Made by a program: the position numbers and the translations under genes. Shown here in pieces: positions 56,919 to 64,000 of a DNA stretch of 64,000 nt. This stretch comes from Rebecca billardiae RCC1528 (taxonomy: Eukaryota > Protista > Haptophyta). Each line of letters starts with the position of its first letter. Position 1 is the first letter of the stretch. The stretch is taken from NCBI GenBank assembly GCA_965240325.2, contig OZ251246.1, positions 992,001-1,056,000 on the forward strand, given 5' to 3'. The notes beneath the pieces were generated by a model. That model was not told the origin of the DNA. It was given only the letters and a program-made list of their open reading frames with translations, and ran no database searches.

Positions 56919-58501
56919 TCAGGCAGTGCCGACGGCGCTCGGCCCATCACGCGCAGTGCTCAACACCTTGCAGGCCTGCTTGTGCAAGGGCCAATCTGCG
57001 CGTTGGCACTCGCGGCTGCGCGCATGGACGCGCGGGTTGGGCCGCCCAGCGAACGGAACTCAGGATGCGATGGTGTGGCGATGCCGCCCCTGCGCGCGTG
57101 TCTGCTGGCCCGCAGGCAGAGCCCGGCCTGCCAGCGCGACCGCAGCTGACAGCAGCGCACAAGCCGGCGTGCACGCAGCGCACGTGCGCGCGGCGCGCAC
57201 CTGCAGTAGCGCCAGATCCTGCAGCCAGCGCACTTGGCCAGGCGAGCCTCCGCGCGGCGCCAACCGCACGCCGGGTTCGCGCAGCGCGCGCCGCGCTGCC
57301 CGCCCGCGTGCAGCTGGCTGATTGCCGCGCGCAGCGTTGTCAGCAGCCGCTGCACTTCTGGGGAATCCGGGCGGGCGGCGAGCGCGGTGGTCGCGGCCAA
57401 GATGAGAATGCACGTGGGCTCGTCGGCGCCGTACTGCTGCAAGCCGGGCACGTCGCAGAAGGCGTGCACAAGCACGTCCTCGACCATCCCCTTCATCGCT
57501 GGGTCTGCGCGCTGCGCCAGCTCGAGCAGCTCAGGGACCGCGCCCGCCCTCCACAGCGCGCGCGCCCCGCAGCTGAGCGGTATGTCAGGGCGGCACATGA
57601 AGCGGCAGAGAATCAGGGCGGCGCTGTGCGAGTGCACTTGGACGCCGAATATGGCAGACGGAGCAGCAAAAAGAGAAGAGGACTGCTTCTTCTGCCGCCC
57701 GAGCAAATCCACGACCAGGTTTGCGGCGCCGCCCCTGGCGAGGGCGATGCCGAGCTGCGCTTGGCAGCCAGCACGCGTGAGCTGCAAAGCACGCTCGCAG
57801 AGGCACATAAGCATCGGCATGGCAAAGCCGTGACCTATCGAGAGGTCTGCGAGAGCCATCATGCCGCGCAAGCAAGTAGGATCGTCGAGCAGGCCCGTGA
57901 TCGACCGCTCATCTGCCTTCTGGATCAGGTGAGACAACGCCATCGAGAGTTGACAAGCGTGGAGACCCGCGAGCGGACGGCAGCTGATCTTGGACACTTC
58001 CGAACCAAAGCGCAGGAGGGTGAACGTTACTTCCGGGAAGTCCGCGAAGATATCTGCACCCATGTGAGCGGTGCAGACACGGATCAGAGGAGCCAGAGCT
58101 GTTTCCATGGAATCCTCGATCAGTTCGGCCGTCCCATGAGTGCCTTCTACCAGCTCCGGCAGACGCGCGTGGAGCGCCTCGAAGAACGGGACCATCAACT
58201 CGCGGCAGAGCGTAGGGCGAGTGCGCCGCTTGCTCTCGGGGATACAGTTCAACGCATACACGAGAGCGTGCATCCCTTCTGCCCACATCTTCGGTCCGAG
58301 CTCCAGGCCGCGTCGAGGGCTCATGACTAAGAACGTGGTGACCAGCAGGCGCACGACAGCCTCGCCGTCGATTCCACCGCCATTGGTCGTACCCGAGATC
58401 ACGTATTGGCCGTTTTGAAGGCCAAGACGCAGCTCGCGAAGTGCGTCGTAATCGCCATGGCCCACGCGGCGCAACAGCGAGCGAAGCGACCGCGAGGTCA
58501 T
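56919..58501 (-). CDS. MYND zinc-finger protein, paralogue C (more diverged), 2 exons
   Basis: ATG 58501. Intron 57200-57016 yields CANPAC..AKCAGC...YCSRECQRADWPLHKQAC. Shares LGIALARGGA, PLSCGARALWRAGAV and AFCDV blocks with A and B. Confidence 0.85.
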
Positions 58502-58599
58502 CTCCTTCTCCTGCGCCGAGGCAGGCGACGAGCGGAGCGAGCCCAGAGCAAAGAGGCCGGCGCGCAGCGAGCCTGCCGAGCCAGTCAGTCCATTTCACA

Positions 58600-58619
58600 T
58601 TGTCCAACCGTCAGCACGG
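58600..58619. promoter_or_regulatory. Conserved upstream motif of the MYND paralogues (copy C), in the divergent promoter shared with the cupredoxin gene
   Basis: 20/20 identity to 52716-52735. Confidence 0.55.
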
Positions 58620-58837
58620 CCGGTTGGTAGACGCTGGCAGTGTAGTCCGGCTCCGCTTCTCATGAACTCGCGCGAAGCGGCTGCCGTCGTCGGCGCGGCG
58701 CGGCGGCGCCTGGGCAGGCATCCATAACTGCCGCCATGCTCGGAGTGCACTCTCGGCCGCCGGGGCGGGAGCGCGGCGAGCGGGCGACGGAGGCGGCGGT
58801 GTCGAGCGACCGCGCGGCGCTCGCACGCGCCGCGCGC

Positions 58838-61800
58838 ATGGGCGCCGCCCTCGCCGACGCCGAGCGCCCGCTGCCCCCGGCGAGCGCGCGCGTGGTCGTC
58901 TCAGACCGCGGCTTCCGGCCGGAGCGCGTGCACGTGCGCGCGGGCGGCGCGGTGCGCTGGGAGGTGCAGGGCCGGCTGGCGCACGTGATCTGCGGGACCG
59001 ACGCGGCTGGCGTGCCGCACGCCGCGGACGACGCCGCGGACGACGGCGCCTTCGAGTCCGGGCTGCTGCCGCCGGGCGCGTCGTTCACACACGTGTACGC
59101 GCACGCGGGCGAGCATCGGTTCGGCTGCGCAATCTACTCGCGCATGGTGGGCCACGCGTGCGTCGAGCCCCCAGCCGGCGCCTTGGGCGCGGTCGATCGC
59201 GAGCCGCCGCCCGCCGCCGCCTCCGCCGCGGCCGCCGCCGCGGGCAGCCCCGACGCGGCGCATGCCGGCGCGGGCGCGGGCGCGGCGCCCGCGCCCGCCG
59301 CCGCGCCGCGCGGCAGCCCCGCGCGCGGCACGCGGCCGACGCCGCCGCACCAGCCGCCGCCCGCGACGCTGACCGCGGCCGCGCTCAACGGGTACGCCCT
59401 GGCCGTGCTCGCCGCGCACTCGCACCACGCCGGGCTGGACGACGACGAGCGCGGCGGCGGCGCGGACGCGCCTTCAGACTCGGACGACGCGCGCTCCGAC
59501 GCGCGCTCGAGCAGCACGCACCGCTCGTCGGCGTCGGCGGCGCTCTCGGCGGGCGGCGGGCTGTCCGGCGCGGCTGCGCGCGGCGTCTCGGCCATGCTCA
59601 CCCCGCCGCGCGCCGGCACCGCCTCGAGCGCCGCCGCGCGGGCGTCGGGCGGCTCGGCGGGCGCCGAGGGCCCGGCGCCGCCCCCGCCCGTGCACGCGCA
59701 CGCGACCTCGGCCGCACAGGCGCGCGAGCTGCTGCTGTCGGTGCTCCCGCGCGTGCCCGTGGACAGCCCGGGCGCGCGCGAGCACGGCGCGAGCGCCGCC
59801 GCCGGCCGCCACGGCGTGGGCGCGCGCTCGCGGCTGCAGCAGCCGCTCAGCTCGACGCCCGAGGGCGAGGGCCCCTCGGCAGAACGGGCGCACGAGCCCG
59901 CGGCGCGCGCGCGCGCGCGCGCGCTCGGCGGCGTGCGCGGCGCGGGCGGCGAGAGGGCCGGGCAGCCGCGCTGGCCGGGCGAGGCGGACGCGCGCTCGCC
60001 CGACGCCGCGGTAGCGCATGCGGAGCGCGCCGCGGGCTCTGGCGACGAGTCCTCGGCCGCCTCCGCGGCGGGCGACGGCGCGTGCGAGGGCGAGGGCGCG
60101 CACGCGGCGCGTGCGTCGACGCACTGGGCGGCTCTCAGCCCGGCGCAGGTGCGGCTGCAGGTGAGGCACGACTTCCAGGAGCTCGCCGACATGCACGAGC
60201 AGCTGCAGCAGCGCGCGGGGCGCGCCGCGCCGCCCGACACCGCCGCGCGCGCCGAGCCGCCCCCAGCCGCGCGCGGCGCCGCCGGCGCCGACGCGCCGCC
60301 GCTCGCGGCGGCCGCGGCCGCGGCAGCGCTGGCGGCGCCACCGCGGGTGGTGGCGGCCGTCGACGGCACGAGCGGCCGGCGGCTCAAGGCGCGCAGCCGG
60401 AAGAAGCGGCAGCGGCGCGCCGCGGCGCGCGAGCCGCCGCCCGACGCGCACGCCTCGCTCGCCGCCGCGCCAGCCCACGCCGACCCCGGCGCTCGCGCCG
60501 GTGCCGATACCGGCCGTGCAGGCGCGGGGCACGCCGAGGGCGCGGCGCGCGCGGCGGGCGCGGCGGCCGAGGCGGCGGTGGCCGACGCGAGCGCTGCGGC
60601 GCGTGCGGCGGCCGCGAGCCAGGCGAGCTCCGCCATGGGCAGCCCGGGCTCCGAGCTGTGCGACGGCGCCCCTGCCGCGCGCAAGGGCGCCCTTCCACCG
60701 CAAGACGCCAGGGCGGCCCCCGACCGGCTGGCGCGCGCCGCGCCGCGGCCGGGCTCGGCGGGCGCGGCGGCCATGCTGCAGAGCGAGGGCGACGACGACG
60801 ACGACGGCGCGGAGAGCGTGAGCCTGGTGGGCAGCGAGGAGCTGCTGCCCGGCGCGGCGTGGCGCGGCACGGGCAGCGACGCGGCGAGCTCGCTCCGCCT
60901 CGACACCGACGACGAGCCCACGGACGAGGAGGAGGAGGCCGAGCGGCGCGCGCTGTCGGCTGACGAGGGGCGCTGGGCGGTACGGCTGGGAGCAGAGCGG
61001 GCACCATGGCGCAGCGCTGCGCCGGGCGGTCGCGGCGCGGGCGCGGGCGGCGCGCGCGGCGGCGGCAGCGACGCGGGGAGCGGCTCTCGCAGCCCGTGCG
61101 CGGGCGGGCGCGCGGTGCCCGCCTCGACCACCGCCGCCAGCCTCCTGCTCGAGGCGCAGGGCGACAGCGGCCGCTCCACGCGCCAAGCAACCCCGCTGCC
61201 CTCGCCGCCCGCGCCCTCCGCCGAGCAGGGGGGCGAGGGCGCGCCCTGGCTGGGAGCGCACGCGGCGGCGGAGGGCGCGGCTGGCGCGCCGTCGCCGCCG
61301 CCGCTGCTCGCAGGGCCGTGCGCGCCCGACGCGCCGTCGGCGGAGCACGCCGCGCCGGGCGACGCGCCGGGCGCTCAGCACGCGCCGGACACGGCAGCCG
61401 CGCGCGCGCTTGGCTGGCGCTGCGCCGGGGGCGCCAGCCCACCGCGGCAGGGCGCAGCGGCAGGGCCGGACCCGGGCCTCGCCGCCGCCGCGCCGCCCGC
61501 GCAGCAGCGGTGCGTGGCAAGCGCCGCGCTGCACGGGCCGCCGTGCGTGGCGCTGGCCAGCCAGGCGCGGCTGTGCACGGACGGCCGCTGCGCCGTGTGC
61601 GCGGCCGCGCGGCTGAGCGCACAGCGCAACCCGCTGTGTGTCGTGCGCCGCCCGCAGCCGCAGCCCGCGCGGCCGGTGCCGCAGCGCGCGGCGCAAGAAG
61701 CCGGGGGCGAGGGCGAGGGCGCGGCGGCTGTGCCACGCACGGCGGCGGCGCCGCCGCCGCCGGTGCTCGGCGAGGCCGTCTCCGCCCTCATCTCGCGCCA

Positions 61801-61987
61801 CGCGCCCGCCGCGCCCGCCGTGCCGCAGCCGACGGCCGCGCCGTGCGCGCCCGTGAGCGTGGGCGTGCAGACGGACCCTCCGACTGAGCGCGAGGCGGCG
61901 CGCGTGCGCGAGGCGGACGCGCTTGCCGGCTTCCTGCAGGCGCGCTGGCTGGCGAGCTGCGCGCGCCATCGCATCCAGCAGGCGTGA
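58838..61987 (+). CDS. Protein with N-terminal cupredoxin (plastocyanin-like) domain and long Ala/Pro/Gly low-complexity region
   Basis: GFRPERVHVRAGGAVRW....HVI....FESGLLPPGASFTHVY..AGEHRFGCAIYSRMVG. An alternative in-frame ATG lies at 58736. Confidence 0.7.
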   Translation: MGAALADAERPLPPASARVVVSDRGFRPERVHVRAGGAVRWEVQGRLAHVICGTDAAGVPHAADDAADDGAFESGLLPPGASFTHVYAHAGEHRFGCAIYSRMVGHACVEPPAGALGAVDREPPPAAASAAAAAAGSPDAAHAGAGAGAAPAPAAAPRGSPARGTRPTPPHQPPPATLTAAALNGYALAVLAAHSHHAGLDDDERGGGADAPSDSDDARSDARSSSTHRSSASAALSAGGGLSGAAARGVSAMLTPPRAGTASSAAARASGGSAGAEGPAPPPPVHAHATSAAQARELLLSVLPRVPVDSPGAREHGASAAAGRHGVGARSRLQQPLSSTPEGEGPSAERAHEPAARARARALGGVRGAGGERAGQPRWPGEADARSPDAAVAHAERAAGSGDESSAASAAGDGACEGEGAHAARASTHWAALSPAQVRLQVRHDFQELADMHEQLQQRAGRAAPPDTAARAEPPPAARGAAGADAPPLAAAAAAAALAAPPRVVAAVDGTSGRRLKARSRKKRQRRAAAREPPPDAHASLAAAPAHADPGARAGADTGRAGAGHAEGAARAAGAAAEAAVADASAAARAAAASQASSAMGSPGSELCDGAPAARKGALPPQDARAAPDRLARAAPRPGSAGAAAMLQSEGDDDDDGAESVSLVGSEELLPGAAWRGTGSDAASSLRLDTDDEPTDEEEEAERRALSADEGRWAVRLGAERAPWRSAAPGGRGAGAGGARGGGSDAGSGSRSPCAGGRAVPASTTAASLLLEAQGDSGRSTRQATPLPSPPAPSAEQGGEGAPWLGAHAAAEGAAGAPSPPPLLAGPCAPDAPSAEHAAPGDAPGAQHAPDTAAARALGWRCAGGASPPRQGAAAGPDPGLAAAAPPAQQRCVASAALHGPPCVALASQARLCTDGRCAVCAAARLSAQRNPLCVVRRPQPQPARPVPQRAAQEAGGEGEGAAAVPRTAAAPPPPVLGEAVSALISRHAPAAPAVPQPTAAPCAPVSVGVQTDPPTEREAARVREADALAGFLQARWLASCARHRIQQA

Positions 61988-62343
61988 GGCGTGCGCGGCG
62001 CGACCAGGCCCGGAGATTCTGCTCAAGCACAGCAGCGCAGGCTGCAGGGTCGCGGAGCGGCGCGCGCGGATGAGCCGCGGTGATGATTGGCGGACTCGCA
62101 AAGTGGCGCGCACGACAACGCGCGCGCACCCTATATGCGCGAAGATTATGATGTACGTACTATTGTCAAGTATAGAGTCTATATATACTACTACATATAT
62201 ATATATTTAATATATATATATATGCATGTGATGTGTGCTGTGTGTATATAGCGTCGTCGCGCGCTGGCATCGCAACCAGCAGTGGCCTACTGCGCCGCCC
62301 AGTCTCAGCGGGCCTCGTCAATCGTCATCAGACGATCAGGCAG

Positions 62344-63320
62344 TCAGATGTGGATGCTCGCTCGCGGCTTTCCGCCGCCCTTCTCCTTGATGTCGCTGGC
62401 GATCACGGCTCTGGCTGGCGGCCACTGATTCGGCTTGGAGTAGGCGGACGCCTTTCCCGGTGGGGGAAGCGTGGCCTCACTGCGGCTCGCCGTAACCACC
62501 TGCACGGAGGACAGCGGCTCGTCCGAGGCTTCCGCGCGCATCTTCTCGGTGGGCGAGCTGCGGCACGCGCGCGCCCAAGGGGGGCGCGCGGACGCGTGAG
62601 CGCGTGCCCGGTCGGCGCGCGCCACGCGGCGGGGCGGCCGGGCGGGCGGCAGGCGCACCGTGGCGCGAAGCGCAGGTACACGATGCACGCGAAGCTCGAG
62701 AAGAACGCCGGCACGTACAGCCCGCCGCCAGCCAGGATGCCGACCGCGGCGGAGAGCCACACGCTGGTCGCGGTCGTGAGGCCATGCACCTCGGGCGTCT
62801 CGGTGCCGTCCTTGAGCTTGGTGGTGCCCTTCCAGATGGACGCGGCGCCAAGGAAGCCGACGCCCGAGGGGATCGCCGCGGACACGCGCGACGCGTCCCA
62901 GTTCATCGGCCCGTCCCAGAACGCGTACACCGAGTCGATCGTGAAGACGCACGAGCCCATGCACACCATCGCCATCGTGCGGATGCCGGCCGCTCTGTCG
63001 GCGCGCCGCCGCTCCCAGCCGATGAACGAGCCGAGCACGATCGACGCGATCACCCGCACGCACATCTCGCACTCCCACTTGTTCAACCCGCCGAGCACCA
63101 CGTACCGGTGGAATTTGCATGCGTCCTTGAGGTAGTCTATGTTCTTGTACTCGATGCCGGAGCGCGCGCGGTACGAGTGGTGTGTGAGCGCCTCGGTGCA
63201 CGGCGGCGCGGTCAGCGGCGCGAGTAGCGAGATGATGCTGTACACGAAGAGGCCGGTGACCGCCAGTGCGTACATCAGCAACGTCCACCGCGAGACCTCA
63301 TCGGAGAAGTACGCCACCAT
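62344..63320 (-). CDS. MgtC/SapB family membrane protein, copy 1, 2 exons
   Basis: SIVLGSFIGWERR..DRAAGIRTM..VCMGSCVFTI, DASRVSAAIPSGVGFLGAASI, VHGLTTATSVWLSAAVGILAGGG. Intron 62658-62558. Confidence 0.9.
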
Positions 63321-63651
63321 GCTGGCCGTCGCCGTGCTTCGCCCGCTCGCACGCCCGAGCGCGGCCAACCGGACCGGCATTTCGCGGCTGACGAACGGCC
63401 TGTGATTCGTCGGCGTTCAGCCGTCGAACATCACTGATCTCCGATCAACGTGTGACAGTGTAATCGTCACTGCCAGTGTCATCACTAGGATCCACATTGA
63501 CAATGGTGGCAATGGACTGAATGACTTTCTGGGTTAAAGTGACTTGTGAGCTCGCCTCCCGCTGCGCGCACATGCAGCTTACACGGGACTACGTCGACTG
63601 GGCAACGACACAGGCGGCCTTCCGGTGCCGCAGATGTCATTCTGCTGCTCA

Positions 63652-64000
63652 TCACACGTGGATGGACGGCCGCCTCTCGCCCAGCCGCGCCGGTGCCGCG
63701 CTGGATTTGCCATGCGCAGACGCCCCGCTCCGCGGCAGCAGCTGCTTGCGCAGCGGGTCACCCGCCAGCGGAGAGGGCTTCGCATCATCCTTCTTTGACT
63801 GCGACGCCCTGGGGGTCACCGCGCCGCGGGGGCCAGGCGGGCGGGGGCGTCGTGCCGCGGCGCGTGTCAGCAGACGCGCGCGCGAGCCGCGCGGCGCCGG
63901 CGCGCGCAGGGCGCACGTACCGCGGTGCGAAGCGCAGGTACATGATGCTGGCGACGGTGGAGAAGACGGCCGGGAAGTACATCGCGCCGCCCATCATGAT
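63652..64000 (-). CDS. MgtC/SapB family tandem paralogue, copy 2 (3' part only; continues beyond window)
   Basis: MMGGAMYFPAVFSTVASIMYLRFAPR aligns with LAGGGLYVPAFFSSFACIVYLRFAPR. Intron at the identical position (63920-63809). Stop at 63652. Confidence 0.8.

Overview
Gene-dense, very GC-rich eukaryotic genomic DNA. The short GC-rich spliceosomal introns mostly start GTGCG, there is an ASAFAP-type plastid leader, and the telomere motif is CCCTAA. This is most consistent with a haptophyte alga such as a pavlovophyte; that assignment is inferred, not database-checked. I reconstructed about 22 protein genes by hand. They include a giant SH3-fused protein running off the left edge, a PKD2/TRPP channel, serC, SOUL, a thioredoxin-like [2Fe-2S] ferredoxin, a PNPOx-like protein and an N-formylglutamate amidohydrolase-like protein. 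Also present are a CREST/ceramidase-like protein, a CAMK kinase, a RING-H2 protein, two F-box proteins, ilvA, ASF1, a cupredoxin-domain protein and two tandem MgtC/SapB genes. A solo 5S rRNA gene lies at 16447-16564. The accessory features are: (1) an intronless ORF with a multi-TM / TIR-HET-like / TM / C-type-lectin architecture, a candidate receptor, next to a near-perfect ~470-bp inverted repeat; (2) a four-copy MYND-finger tandem array in different states of decay, sharing a conserved 20-bp upstream motif; (3) several non-autonomous TIR elements with GGG..CCC or CATAA..TTATG ends; (4) a telomere-repeat insertion with a 23-bp direct repeat inside an intron; (5) GACT/AGTC palindromic mosaics in intergenic spacers. 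Most long ORFs in the supplied track are GC-driven shadow frames. All family assignments come from motif recognition only.
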